Below, piece after piece: positions 41,400 through 58,230 of a stretch of DNA of 64,000 nucleotides (the first letter of the stretch is position 1; every line of letters begins with the position of its first letter). Both the position numbers and the translations under genes were made by a program. The stretch comes from the human T2T-CHM13v2.0 reference genome, Homo sapiens. The stretch is taken from assembly GCF_009914755.1 (NCBI RefSeq), contig NC_060948.1. One strand, 5' to 3'. The notes below the pieces were generated by a model. The model worked only from the letters and a program-made list of their open reading frames with translations. It was not told the origin of the DNA and searched no databases.

Positions 41400-42225
41400 T
41401 GCCTAACCTAAATACACACCACATGTGCATACATACACTACATACTGCACCCACAGGCACATGCATGTGTACACATGCATGTACACATACACACTAAATA
41501 CATGCCAGACATGCATACACACATATACACTACACGTTTGCATGTGCATACATATCAGACACAAGCAGGCAAACACATGCACATCACACACACGCACACA
41601 TGTATACGCCAAAAACATATGTACACAAACTGTGCACATGTGCCCTAAACATATCACATTTGCACACATATCCCACACATATGTGTGATCATATGCATGC
41701 ACACTCACTAAGGCATACTACACATGGATTAAAACACACACATAATATATACCACAGACATGCATGCACATACATACACAGTAATGCATGCTACATACAT
41801 GCACACTGGCACTGGTGGTGTGGTGGTGGGCACCTGTAATCCCAGCTACTCGGCAGGCTGACATCACACATACATGCACATATGAAGAGTAAATATATAT
41901 TAAACACATGCACACGATACCTGCATGCATATATACTTATATACTAACCTGCCTGCCTGCACACTACACACATTCATGCACATATAGGCACACACTAAAA
42001 ATACACCCCACATATACCACATAACACATATGTGTGGATGAATGCCCATTCACACACACTGAATGCACAGCACATATAAGCACACCACACACATCATGCA
42101 TGTGAACACACACACTATGAATATATACATGGTCATACACATCATACATGAACACATAGATGCATGTTACATATACACATACATGTCTGCACACAGACAT
42201 ATGTATGTGCACACAGGCTCACACA
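41400..42225. repeat. Degenerate (CA/CATA)n tract
   Basis: About 800 bp of alternating purine-pyrimidine low complexity. Confidence 0.85.
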
Positions 42226-43921
42226 CCACTTCACTGCTGGCCCTGAGGAAGGTGGGACGAGCTACATTTTTTCTGCCTGTCAGCCCAGTGTAAGCAAATG
42301 AAGTGACAGTGAGATGCTGGCAGAAAACAGAGTCTGCATATCAGGACACCACAGTATCAGCTATCATGTCTTCCTCCAGGGTCTTTGCTCAGCAGACACT
42401 GGGAGAGCCTCACAGTTCTCACGGGACCACCACTGTGGAGGCTGTGCCCTGATTTAACCCCCACCCAGGCCCACTCCCCACTTCAGTTCTTGTTCAAAGA
42501 TTCCATATGGAACTTGCTGCTTCAGGTCCCAAGAAGAAGAACATTGCCCTTAAAGACATTTCTGTTAGGCCTGGAGCTGTGGCTCATTCTTGTAACCCTA
42601 GCACTTTGGGAGGCCAAGGCAGGTGGATCACGAGGTCAGGAGTTTGAGACCAGTCTGGCCAACATAGTGAAACCCCGTCTCTATTAAAAATATAAAAATT
42701 AGTGTTGGTGGTGTGGTGGTGGGCACCTGTAATCCCAGCTACTCTGCAGGCTGAGAGAGGAGAATCACTTGAACCTGGGATGTAGAGGTTTCAGTGAGCT
42801 GAGATCGCACCACTGCCCTCTAGCCTGGGCAACAGAGAAAGACTCTGTCTCAAAATAAATAAATAAATAAATAAATAAAATAAAATAAAGACATTTCTCT
42901 TTGTGAAAATCAATTCCATGTTGACATTCCAGTTTTGCAATTGTTACACAGCAATGCATTTGCAATTATGAAATCCTGACTCTACTAATCAAAGGGAAGC
43001 AATTTTCAGTCTTCTCCAGTCTTCTTAGCCAGGTGTGGTGGAAGGTGCCTGTAATCCCAGCTATTGGGAGGCTGAGGCAGGAGAATTGCTTGAACCTGGG
43101 AGGCAGAGGTTGCAGTGAGCTGAGATTGAACCTACACAACCAAGGGACAGATCATCTCAACCCCCAAAACACTCCAAGCCTCAAAGGCCTCTGGAAATAG
43201 AGGAACGAAATATTGGGACATTTTACTCCCCCAGGCCCAGGAGTCAACTCCTAACTTGATTAAAATCTGTCCAGTCTCGAAAGTCTTGTTCCTCTCCCTG
43301 TGTGCAAACTTGGCACTCCTCATGCTACTTTGGAGCCTGCTCCTGTAGGTATCACATCATGAATATTTCAGCAGTTGTTTTTGGCAGCACATGGTGCTAG
43401 CATAAAAAAATAAATGAAAGGCCAGGCGTGGTGGCTGAAAACTGTAATCCTAGCACTATGGGAGGTCAAGGTGGGCAGATCACTTGAGGTCAGGAGTTTG
43501 AGACAAGCCTGGCCAACAAGGTGAAACTCCATCTCTACTAAAAATGCAAAAATTAGCCAGGTGTGATGTCACATGCCTGTAAAACCAGCTACCTGGGAGG
43601 CTGAGGCAGGAGAACTGCTTGAACCCAGGAGATGGAGGTTTCAACAAGCCAGAGATTGCCCCACTATACTCCAGCCTGGGCAACAGAGAGGGACTCTGTC
43701 TCAGACTAAAGAAAAGAAAATTGTACATATCCGTGATGCACAACATGATGTTTCAAAACACGTATCTGACCGGGTGCAGTGGTTCACACCTGTAATCCCA
43801 GAACTTTGGGAGGCTGAGGTGGGCAGATCACATGGTCAGGAGATCAAGACCATCCTGGCTAACACGGTGAAACCACAAAAAATTAGCCAGGCCTGGTGGT
43901 ATGTGCCTGTGGTCCCAGCTA

Positions 43922-44081
<160 letters not shown>

Positions 44082-45624
44082 TCAAGCCAATTAACATATG
44101 CATTATCTCAAATTTTTATCATTTTTCGTTAAAATCTACTCAGCAATTTCTACACACACAAAACTTCCTTATTAACTACAGTCACCATGTTGTGCAATAG
44201 TTTAGTGAACTGTTATGTTGAAATGTAATAGAACATGGTACCATCAAATATCATAAACTTGGGACATGGTGAAGGCAGGGGAAAATGTTGTGTTTTAGGG
44301 AAATTGAATAGATCACAGCATTGACATCAGAGGTTGATACACATGTCCCTGTATCTGTCCTTTAGAAGCTGGGTGGACAGAGGATCAAGAAACGACCCTG
44401 GCTGGGTGTGGTGGCTCATGCCTGTATTTCCAGCACTTTAGGAGGCTGAAGCAGGCAGATCACTTGAGGTCAGGAATTCAAGACCAGTCTGGCCAACGTG
44501 GCAAAACGCCATCTCCACTAAAAATACAAAAATTAGCCAGGCATGGTGGCACATGTCTGTAGTCCCAGCTAATCTGGAAGCTAAGGCAGGAGAATTACTT
44601 GAATCTGGGAGTGGAGGTTGCAGTAAGTTGAGACCGCACCACTGCACTCCAGCTTAGGCCACAGAGCGAGAGGCCACTCCATCTCAAAAACAACAAAAAA
44701 GGAAACAACCTCCCCAAGGCACAGACTCTTCATCTGTAAAGCGCATAAAATAAAAACAGAAACTTAAACCCTCTTAATCCAGCCAATCTGGGAGATCAAT
44801 AGAAGTTTGCCCCAACTCTTTTCCAGCCGAGGCAGGAGGATGGCTTAAGCCCAGGAGTAAAGACCACCCTGGGCAACATAGTCAGAACACATTTCTACAA
44901 AAATTATTATTTATTTATTTATTTATTATTTATTTTTTATTATTACTATTTTTTGAAACAGAGTCTTGCTCTGTCACCCAGGCTAGAGTGTAGTGGTACA
45001 ATCTCAGCTCGCTGCAACCTCCGACTCCTGGGTTCAAGCAATTCTCCTGCCTCAGCCTCCTGAGTAGCTGGGACTACAGATGTGTGCTACCATACCCAGC
45101 TAATTTTTGTATTTTTAGTACAGACAGGGTTTCACCATTTGGGCCAGGATGTTCTTGACCTCCTGACCTTGTGATCTACCCGCCTCAGCCTCCCAAAGTG
45201 CTGGGATTACAGGCTTGAACCACTGTGCCTGGCCTGCAGATATTTTTACAAATTACCTGGGCATAGTGGTGTGTGCCTTTAGTCTCAGCTACTCAAGAGG
45301 CAGAGAGGCAGGAGGATCGCTTGAGTTGATGCTGCAGTGAGCTATACTCATGTCCCTGCACTCCAGCCTTGGTGACAGGCTTATCCTGTTTAGTACTGAA
45401 AAAACAAAGCTTATCCTTGTTTAGGACTGATGAAGATCACCATGGTGACAAGGTGGGTTTAGGAAGTTGGGTGGGGGGGACTTCTATAAATAGAATCCAA
45501 AATCTAAAAATTATTGATTATCAGTCTTACATTTTATTCTTACCCTATTTCAATCTGATGAAATAGGATAGTGGGATGTGAGTGACTTACTTTTTTTTCT
45601 TCATGGATTTCATTTGTGTTTTAA

Positions 45625-45780
<156 letters not shown>

Positions 45781-45979
45781 TGAGTAGCTGGAACTACAGG
45801 CGCATGACACCACACCCGGCTAATTTTTGTATTCTTAGTAGAGACGGGATTTCACCACGTTAGCCACAATGGTCTCGATCTCCTGACCTCATGATCCGCC
45901 TCGGCCTCCCAAAGTGCTGGGATTACAGGCATGAGCCACCATGCCCAACCCCAGTCATATTTTTATGTAGACTGAAAAT

Positions 45980-46790
45980 TAAAAATAGACAAAAGGCAAA
46001 ACTATAGAAGAAGTAAAAAGATCAGTGTTTGTCAGCGTCCTGGGGGAGAGAGAGGAGGAGGAACACAGGAAGCATAGGGGATTTTGAGGGCAGTGAAACT
46101 ATTCTGTATGATGTATCTGCAGATACTATTCCATATCTACAACTCAGTCTCTATTTATCAAAACCCATAGAACTGCACAGCACAAAGAGTGAGCCCTCAT
46201 GGAGACTGTGGACTCTGGTGAATGATAATGTCCCACTATCAGCTCATCAGTTGTAACACGTGTACCACACTAATGCGAGGTGTCAATCATGGGGCAAACT
46301 TTGTTGTATATACAGGCAAGTGGGTCTAGGGGAACCCTAGACTTTCTGCTCAGCTTTTAAATAAACCTGAAACTGCCCCTAAAAGCAAAGCCTATTCATT
46401 TAAAAAATAGAATAAATGGCCCTTCCAGCAACTTGGATGGACTTGGAGGCCATTATTCTAAGCGAAGTAAGTCAGGCATGAAAGGCAAATATTCATGATA
46501 TTAAGTGAGTATGTTCTCACTTATAACTGGGAGCTAAGCCATGAGGATGCACAGGCATAAGAGTGATATAATGAACTCTGGGGACTTGGCGGGGAACAAG
46601 GGAAGGGAGTGGGGAGTAAAACACTACAAATTGAGTACAGTTTATACTACTTGGGTGACAGGTGCATGAAAAATCTCAGAAATGATTAACACCATGAAAG
46701 AACTTATCCACATAAATAAAACACTACCTGTTCTCCAAAAACTGCTGAAACAAAATTTTTAAAAAATGAAAAATAGAATAACACTAAAAA
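45980..46790 (+). mobile_element. L1M 3' fragments (L1MB/MC-like, then L1MA-like)
   Basis: TTGAGGGCAGTGAAACTATTCTGTATGAT; TGGAGGCCATTATTCTAAGCGAAGTA; TTCTCACTTATAACTGGGAGCTAAG. Confidence 0.7.
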
Positions 46791-47093
46791 ATTAACTAAA
46801 TAAAATAGACAAAAGGAAAACCACTCACCTTGCCACTGCATGTGCTCTGCACAATTCCTTTCCTTATAAGCATTATGGAACAAATAAAAATAGATGATTG
46901 AAAAAATGCAGTGATGGCCAGTTGCGGTGGCTCACACCTGTAATCCCAGCACTTTGGGAGGCCAAGGCAAGTGGATCACTTAAGGTCAGGAGCTCCAGCG
47001 ACCAGCCTGGCCAACATGGCAAAATCCTGTCTCTACTAAAAATACAAAAATTAGCCAGTCATGGTGGCATGCACCTCTAATCCCAGCTACTCA

Positions 47094-47198
<105 letters not shown>

Positions 47199-47865
47199 TT
47201 AAAAAAATTCAGGGAGTCATTATATTTTTAGTGAAACCAATGATAATAATGATAATAATAATAGTAGGCTGGGTGTGGTGGCTCACGCCTGTAATCAAGA
47301 ACTTTGGAAAGCTGAGACAGAAGCCCAGTAGTTCAAGATTACCCTGGGGAACATAGGGAGACCCTGCCTCTAAAAAAATTTAAAAATTTAGGTAGGCATC
47401 GCGCCTAGTTCCAGCTACTCAGGAGGCTAGATAAGGAGGATCACTTGACCCTCGGAGGCTGAGGCTGCCGTGAGCCATCATTCGCTCCATAGCACTCCAG
47501 CCTGGGAGATGAATGAGAACCTGTCTCAAAAATAATAAAAATAATAATAATCACACATGTGACCTCACTTGGTGACTGCGTATTTCGGCTCTGGGATTCA
47601 GGGGTCTCCTGCAAGAGCCAGGCTGGAATTCATCCTGCTGATGGAGTGATCCTTCTGGATAGGTCACATATTTGAGCACATTCCCATCTGCTTGAGATTT
47701 TCTGCTTTTGCCTACAAATTATCATTTTCCTGCTTATGGCCATGACACAGAAATTAACAGATGCTTGAAGTTTGAAGCCAGTGTTAAAAATAAATTGACA
47801 TCCTTACAGGGGATATCTCTTGACAACTATGTTATTTATGATTTTGCAAATGCTGGTATTTCTAA

Positions 47866-48013
<148 letters not shown>

Positions 48014-50252
48014 TAGCTGGAATTACAGGCACATGGCACCATGCCCCACCATGCCAAGCTAATTTTTGTATTTTTAGTAGAGACGGGTTTCACCATGTTG
48101 GTCAGGCTGGTTTTGTTTGTTTGTTTGCTTGTTTTACATTAAAGTCTTTATAAACTTTAAAAGAAAATGTGGCAGCACAGTGGCTCACACCTATAATCCC
48201 AGCACTTTGGGAGGCAGAGTGGGGGCGGATCATGAGGTCAAGAGTTTGAGAGCAGCCTGGCCAACAGGGTGAAACCCCATCTATACTAAAAATGCAAAAA
48301 CTAGCTGGGTGTGGTGGCACATGCCTGCAATCCCAGATACGCGGGAGGCTGAGGCAGGAGAATCACTTGAACTTGAGGGCACGGAGATTGCCATGAGTCA
48401 AGATAGCCCCATTGCACTCAAGCGTCAGTGGAAGAGCAAAACTCCATCTCAAAAAAAAAAAAGAAGAAGAAAGAAAAGAAAATGTGCTTAGCAAAATGTC
48501 CCTAAATTTCATAAATACTTACTGTTTTTTCACACACACACACACACAAACACACACATATATATTTTGAGACAGAATCTCACTCTATTGCCCAGGCTGG
48601 AGTGCAGTCAGTGGCATGACCTCTGCTCACTGCAACCTCTACCTCCCAGGTTCAAGCGATTCTCCCACCTCAGCCTCCTGAGTAGGGGATTTATAGGTGC
48701 GCATCACCATGTCTGACTAATTTTTGTATTTTTAATGGCAACAGGGTTTCACCATGTTAGCAAGGCTGCTCTCGAACTTCTGACTTCAAGTGATCCACCC
48801 ACCTCAGCTTCCCAGAGTGCTGGGATTACAGGCATAAGCCACTGTGCCTGGCCAATAACGTATTTTTAAAAATGTAATAGCCAGGCATAGTGGCTCATGT
48901 CTGTAATCCCAGCACTCTGGAAGGCAGAGGTGAAAAATGGCTTGAACCCAGGAGTTTAAGACCACTGTGGGCTACATGGCGAAACTCTGTCTCTATAATA
49001 AAATAATAATAATGATAAAATTTTAAAATAACAATAATAAGAATAATAAGCAGTATTTGTTTAAAATGATTAGACATACCAAACCAATCTTCTTCATCTC
49101 TACACATCGTCAGCCAAATGCAGGTTTTTTGCTACAATACAAATGTATATTTTTCAGGCCAAATTGCCACTTTCCAAACCCAAAGCAAGCATACTACTCC
49201 AGACATTTTGAAGAATTTGGCAGAAAGTGTTGTTGTTTTTTGAATGGCATAAGCTCTTGCCTAACCACATTCCAAAATACTCCGCCATTGTTTGGTTGGG
49301 GGAAAGCATCTACTTCTAAAAGTATATTATACAGTTTTTAAGGGGCTGACTGTTTTTACTGGTGATTTATGGTCCTTTTTAAAGCCTCTTAATTCTCTCT
49401 GGCACTATTAAACCAAATTCATGACCCACCAAGATGGTGTCAAAGATAAAACTCTCTGAGATTCATAATTGACAGTCAACTGGGAGACCACACCTAAGAA
49501 ATTAATAGTTCATGTGATACCAACATTTTAAAACAAGGAAAATGTAGAAAACATTGCCTGCTTTTTATATCTTCTCATGACTTTCAGTCTGGGGCAGGTT
49601 CAAGCAAGTTCAGTCAAAGAAAAACATTTGTTGCAAAGTTGTCTTTAATCCTCTCATGTCATTTATCATAGCTGAAAAAAAAAATCAGTTATACAGTTGA
49701 GGCCTGCTTCATCAAAACTTAAACCTTTGTGTTTCAAAGGACACCATCAAGAAAGGAAATTACAACCATAGTGGGAGAAAATGCAAATCATTTACCCGAT
49801 TAGAGACTTGTGTACATAATATAGAAATCATCCTTTTCACTCAGAAACAAAATTACTTTTAAAATTCAATTTACAAGTGGGTAGGGAGCCGAATGCAGTG
49901 GCTCATGCCTGTTATCCCAGCACTTTGGGAGGCTCAGGCGGGCACATCATTTGAGATCAGGAATTTCAGACCAGCCTGGCCAATGTGATAAAACCCTGTC
50001 TCCACTAAAATACAAAAATTAGCCAGGTGTAGGGGCACGCGACTGTAGTCTCCACAAGTAGGTAGGCTGATACAGGAGAATTGCTTGAATCTGACAGGCA
50101 GAGGTTGCAGTGAGCCAAGATCACACGACTGAACTCCAGCCTGGGTGATGGAGCGAGACTGTCTCTCCAAGAAAAAAAAAAGTGGGTAGGGCTAGGTACG
50201 GTGGCACATGCCTGTAATCCCAACATTTTGGGAGGCTGAGGTGGGTTAATTA

Positions 50253-51395
<1,143 letters not shown>

Positions 51396-51837
51396 ATGGC
51401 GTTCTTCATAATTTTCAAGGATGTAAAGGGGTCTCAAGACTAAAAATTTGAGACCCACTCCTTAATGAAAATATTTTCTCATATGTAACTTCTGTTTGTT
51501 GACTTCTTCTCAATTCAATTGTTGCATTCAACTAACTGGATCGAGACATCATCTCTCTACAGAGAAGTTGATTTTTGTCTTTATTTTCTCTCTGAAGCCA
51601 ATGAGAAAAACATATAGAGCCTCCTGTAATAGCCACTGAATTATAAGAGACAAAATAAAACCAAATGATGACAGCATGAAACAGACATACTGAACAAACT
51701 CATTTGCTAATATGGAGTTATAGCTACTTGTAAGCTAATTTAAGTGCTTTCCTTTGCCATATTGTATGCTACAACATCAACTCTGAGATCTAAACTGGCT
51801 CTAACTCTATTCAACACTATGTACTAATGATACATAA

Positions 51838-52025
51838 GGCAGGGGTCTGTTTTTTATAAACAAAGTTTTATGGGAACACAGGCGCTCCCGTTCATTTAAG
51901 TATAGTCTGTATCTGTCTTCTGCTTCCTCAACGGAGTTGACCTCTTGCTACAGAGACTGTGTGATCTGCAAAGCCAAGAATACTTAGCATGTAGGCCTTT
52001 ACAGAGAAAGTTTGCCAAACCCTGC
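51838..52025 (+). mobile_element. MER58-like hAT MITE
   Basis: CAGGGGTC...AAAGTTTTATGGGAACACAG...AAAGTTTGCCAAACCCTG. Confidence 0.65.
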
Positions 52026-52229
52026 TAAATGATATAAATTGGACCCAGATTTTGCAGAAATTGCAAGGGTAAGCGTGCAGAAAAGAGAAACAAAAAGTAG
52101 AAATGGGGGCTGGGCACGGTGGCTCATGCCTGTAATCCTCCCAGCACTTTGGGAGGCCGAGGCAGGTGGATCATGAGGTCAGGAGATCGAGACCATCCTG
52201 GCTAACATGGTGAAACACCGCCTCTACTA

Positions 52230-52466
<237 letters not shown>

Positions 52467-52577
52467 TCAGGGGGACTTGCAATTCTGGGTGAGGTCACTG
52501 GCCAAAGAGGCTTGCCCAGCTCTGAAGCCATGCCAGGTCTTGTACTGGTATGTCAGAACACAGTCTGCTGCATGGGG

Positions 52578-53048
52578 CTGAGACACTGAAAATATAAACA
52601 GACAATGGCTAGGCCATGTATAAATAGAGAATCCTGACCCAAGATCTACAGCAACCAGCCTAGAAATCAATCCACTGCCTGTAGTAACCAGTCCCAAAAG
52701 CCAGCCTACTAGCTGCAAGTCTTGCTTGTGGTAAGTAAATCAGAACACTGTCTCTAGTAACAGCCCAGGAAGCCAAACAATGACCCCTGTAATCATTGGC
52801 CCCAAATGACCGGACTTGTTTAATAACTGACAGCGTTCCTAATTTTTGTCCCACTTCTAAATTAGGACCAACGAGAGACTACCACACATGCACTTGTAAC
52901 CAATAACATGGAATGTCCTGCCTGTAGTGAGCCTCCTACATCTCCCTGTGCCAGCCACCTCCAGTCAGGGCACACCTGAAGCCTCCCCTTTTCTCCACTA
53001 TGAAGCTGTCCTGCTTCTCTGCCTGCCTGTGAGTCTCCGCCAAATGCT
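52578..53048 (+). mobile_element. Ancient solo LTR (MER73/LTR53-like, uncertain)
   Basis: Repeated AGCAACCAGCC/AGCCCAGGAAGCCAAAC units, CCAAT and TATA-like motifs. Confidence 0.45.
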
Positions 53049-53053
53049 TTTTA

Positions 53054-53858
53054 GAAGATGAATAGGTGGGTAGATGGATGAATAGATATTGAATGGATAG
53101 ATAAATGAATCATGGATAGAGGATGGATGGATGGATGGATGGATGCATAGATAATGGGTGACTGGATGAACAGAAAATGAATGAATGGATGGATGATGAG
53201 TGAATAGATGATGTATAAATTAATTATGGAGGGATGACTAGAAAATAGATTGATGATGGATGGATGAATAGAGGGATGGAAAAATGGATATATAGTAGAT
53301 GGATAAGTGATAGAAAGATTGCCAGATTGACAGATGAATAATGGATAGATGAATGGATGGATAGATGAATGAATGGATAGATGGATGATTGATTGATGAA
53401 TTGATAAATGTATAATGGATGAATGGATGGATGATGGATGAATGGATGGATGAGTGAGTGGATGGATGGATGGATGTGTGGGTGAGTGGTTGGGTGATGA
53501 AGGGAGGGAGGGATAAATGAATGGTGGGTGTACTGATGGATGGATGGATGATGGACAGATGAATAGATAATGTATGAATGGATGGATGATGAATAAATCA
53601 GTGGATAGATAAATAGATAATGTATAAATTGATGGATAGATGGGTATATAACAGGTGGACAAATGGATGAATGAATGGATGAATGAATGAACAGATGGAT
53701 GGATGAATAGAAATATAATGGGTGGATGTATAAATATATAATGGATGGATGAAGGATTGATGGATGGATGGGTGGATTGATAGATGGATATATAATGTAT
53801 GCATGAATGTATGAATAGATGTAAAATGGATGGATGGATGGAAACATAGATGGATGAT
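53054..53858 (+). repeat. (GGAT/GAAT/AGAT)n degenerate tetranucleotide tract
   Basis: About 800 bp, purine-rich on the plus strand. Confidence 0.92.
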
Positions 53859-56449
53859 GTGGCTGAACCCATTGCTATGGCAATCTCTGAAGGGACAACC
53901 TTAATTTCTTCTGATGTTGTTGGTCTTTGTTTATTTCCACAAAGCAAAGCAGCAAGAGCTAGCAATTGGTGCAAAATTCACAATTAGGTCAGCAGCTGAG
54001 TGCTATACTTAGATAGTTGAAGGCAACAGAGGGCCAAAGTACAAGAGCAAGATCAATTTCACCAAGAGAGAGTCCCAAGGGCCAAGTCTGACATCTTTTT
54101 CTGGCATGGAAATTGGTTGGTTCAGTGACAATTAGGGAGAAGACTGTCAAGCTACGTATGCATGAGGAATTTCTGGGTCATCAGATACTGACATGTCCCA
54201 GCCCCAAACTCTGATTCTTCCAGCTGGTGAAGACATCCTTAGCATTGGCTCAGGCCCAGTGAGGGCTGAACTCAAAGGCAGAAGGGCTGTAGTATCTGTG
54301 ACAGGGAGAGGCTGAGAAAGGTGGCAAAAGACACACAAAACAAATAAAAAGAAAGGAAACTTCCAAGTTTGACTCAACCACAGACAAGTGAGAAAGAAGA
54401 TCAGCTTAAAAAATAGAAATGCTTACAAAATTGTTCTTTTTTTTTTCTTAAAGGAACTGACTGCTTTTTAAAGGAATTGAGAAATTGGGAAACAGACTAG
54501 AGTGGAGTTATAAATGGAATCATTGATAGATAGTTCATAAACCCAAGTAGACTACCTATTTAGGTGTTACAACTTCTCTCAAACAGCAAGGTACCAGGCA
54601 GCTCACACTTCATCTCAGTATCAGCAGACTCGGTCCACTTTTAGAAGATTACATTTTGTAATCTTCTAAAATGTTCATGACTCTTCACACTCATTTGCAA
54701 ATACAGGGATAAATTTTTAAGACTTTATTTTGACACCTATAAAAATGGTGCCTAATTCTGCAACACCCAGCCAAACGTCATTGGCTTATATGGAACTATT
54801 AAAAATATACAAAATGGCTGTGCACGGTAGCTCATGCCTGTAATCCCAGCACTTTGGGAGGCTGAGGTGGGTGGATCTTGAGGTCAGGAGATCGAGACCA
54901 TCCTGGCTAACACAGTGAAACCTCATCTCTACTAAAATTACAAAAAATTAGCCAGGCATGGTGGCGCATGCTGGTAATCCCAGCTATGTGGGATGCTGCG
55001 GCAGGAGAATTCTTGAACCAGAGGCGGAGGTTGCAGTGAGCTGAGATGGTATCTGCACTCCAGTCTGGGTGACAGAGTGAGACACCATCTCAAAAAAAAA
55101 AAAATACATAAAACATAAACATATTAATATAATGAATAGATTACTATCTATTATTTACTAAATAGCAAACATAAGAAAATGTATCATTATTTATTATTAC
55201 CAGGCACTGTATGAAACATAGGAAAATGTATTATTATTGATATTAAGTAACAATTATCATTGCTTAGTTATTAAATACCAAACATTATGACAAACCCTTT
55301 ACATAAAATGTCTTGATTTCACAAAAGTCATCTGAGATTCAGGACCAGAATCTAACCCCAGGTCAATTGGATTTTTTGTCTGTTTTGAGACGGGTTCTTG
55401 TTCTGTTGCCTAGACTGAAGCACAGTGGGACAATCACAGCTCACTGTACCCTCAACCTCCTGGGTTCAAGTGATCCTCCCACCTCAGCCTCCAAGTAGCT
55501 GAGACTACAGGTGTGCATCACCATGTCAGGCTAACTTTTTATTTCGTAATTTTTTGTAGAGACAGAGTCTCACTATGCTTCCCTGCTGGTCTCAGACTGC
55601 TTGCCTCAGGCAATCCTCCTACCTCAGTCTCCTAAAGTGCTGGGATTACAGGCATGAGCCACCATGCCCAGCCTCAATTTGATTTTAAGGCTAATTTGCT
55701 TAACAGTGAGTCTATTGGAGACACACACAGAAAATAGGAAAAAGAAGAATGCCGCTTTTAGAACCACAACTACCTTTGAAGAAGAGAGAATCAACTTGAA
55801 TGGAAACCTTGATGTTCCACTGCATACCCCAGTGGGCTGAATGTGTGTTTTGGGAGCAGAAGCTGGAGAGGGCTGGATGAATTTTCAGAATCAGTGAAGG
55901 AAGAGCAAGAAGGAAATTCCAGGGAGCCAAAGAGGGGTGGGAAACAGGATAACGCATTTTAAACTCATTCTCTGCTTTCTCTCTCACCACTGTATTTTGC
56001 TATGTCTGTTATGCTACACTGGGAAGGCTGCATCAGTGTGGTGTGTTTGCTTGAAAGTTGCAGAAGAGGTTGGCTTTCATTACAGATTCTGGGGTGTGTG
56101 TGTGGAAGCAGAATTCCAGAGTACAGGGCTTCTATAAGAAGGTAATGTTCCTTCCAGCCTCCAAGGAAGTCACAGAAATTGGGAAACAGATTTGAATTTT
56201 CATGAGAAGTAAAAATAGGAGCTTGAGACAATTTTATCTCAAGGTGCCAGGGGCCCAGCCAACATTGGCACACAAATGTTCCTTATGAACATGCACATAC
56301 ACAAACACACAGTTTTCTAAACAGCCTTGTCCAACATCGCAATTTAGACACAAACTGCGCCTAAATTAATTACATGGGGAAAAATATTAGCGTAAGGGCC
56401 AGACCAGGAATTTTTAGAATTCTGGTTGATTGTCCAAGAGGCCATCCAT

Positions 56450-57165
<716 letters not shown>

Positions 57166-57449
57166 TATAGTCCTTGGTGATGGTTCTAAGAAAATTCTTG
57201 ATAATCTGTATAGAAAATGGTCCTCTCCTTGATCAAGCACAGCAGGCTGGAACCAGGACACAGAAAAGATTCATAAGAATGAGGCCACATTGGCCAGGCA
57301 CAGTGGCTCACACTTTGGGAGGCCGAGGCGGGCAAATCACAAATCAGGAGTTCAAGACCATGTTGGCCAACATGGTGAAACCCCGTCTCTACTAAAAATA
57401 CAGAAATTAGCTCGGCGTGGTGGCATGTGCCTGTAGTCCCAGCCACTCA

Positions 57450-57617
<168 letters not shown>

Positions 57618-57629
57618 CTAGGGAAGTAT

Positions 57630-58230
57630 AGTATTAATAGTTCCCTAAAACAATTGAAAATAGAATTACCATCTAATCCAGCAATTCCACTTCTCGGTAT
57701 ATACCCACAAATATTGAAAGCAAGATCTCAAAGAGATATTTGTATGTGTTCATAGCAGGATTACTCACAGTAGCCAAAAGATGGAAGAATCCCAAATGTC
57801 CATAGATGAATAAATAAGTAAAATGTAGTATATGAATACAATGAAATATTATTCAGCCTTCAAGGGAGAAAATTCTGACATATGCTATAATATAGATAAA
57901 TCTTGAGGACACTATTCTAAGTGAAACAAGCCCGTCATGAAAAGACAAATAATATATGATTCCACTTACACGAAGTCCCTTGAGGAGTCAAATACTTGGA
58001 GACAGAGTGTAGAATCGTTGTTGTCAGGGGCTGGTGGGGAGGGAAAATGAAAAATTATTACTTAATAGCTACACATTTCTTGTTTGGGGTGAAGAAAGCG
58101 TTTTGGAAATAGATCATGGTGATAGTTGCACAACAATGTAAATGCACTTAATACTACCAAATTGTACAGTTAAAAATAATTTAATTGGAAAGTTTTATGT
58201 GACATACATTTTACCACAGTTTTTTAAAGT
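57630..58230 (+). mobile_element. L1MB 3' end
   Basis: CCAGCAATTCCACTTCTCGGTATATACCCA...GAAAGCGTTTTGGAAATAGAT. Confidence 0.8.

Noticed and set aside
41403-42293. Several C/V/M/H/T-rich ORFs
   Set aside because: Translations of the degenerate (CA)n tract
51428-51456. GGGTCTCAA...TTGAGACCC inverted repeat
   Set aside because: Short, and consistent with the end of an old MER-type DNA element
53051-53974. 307-aa ORF, the longest in the window, rich in H/P/S/I
   Set aside because: Translation of the (ATCC)n tract; the open frame is a compositional artefact
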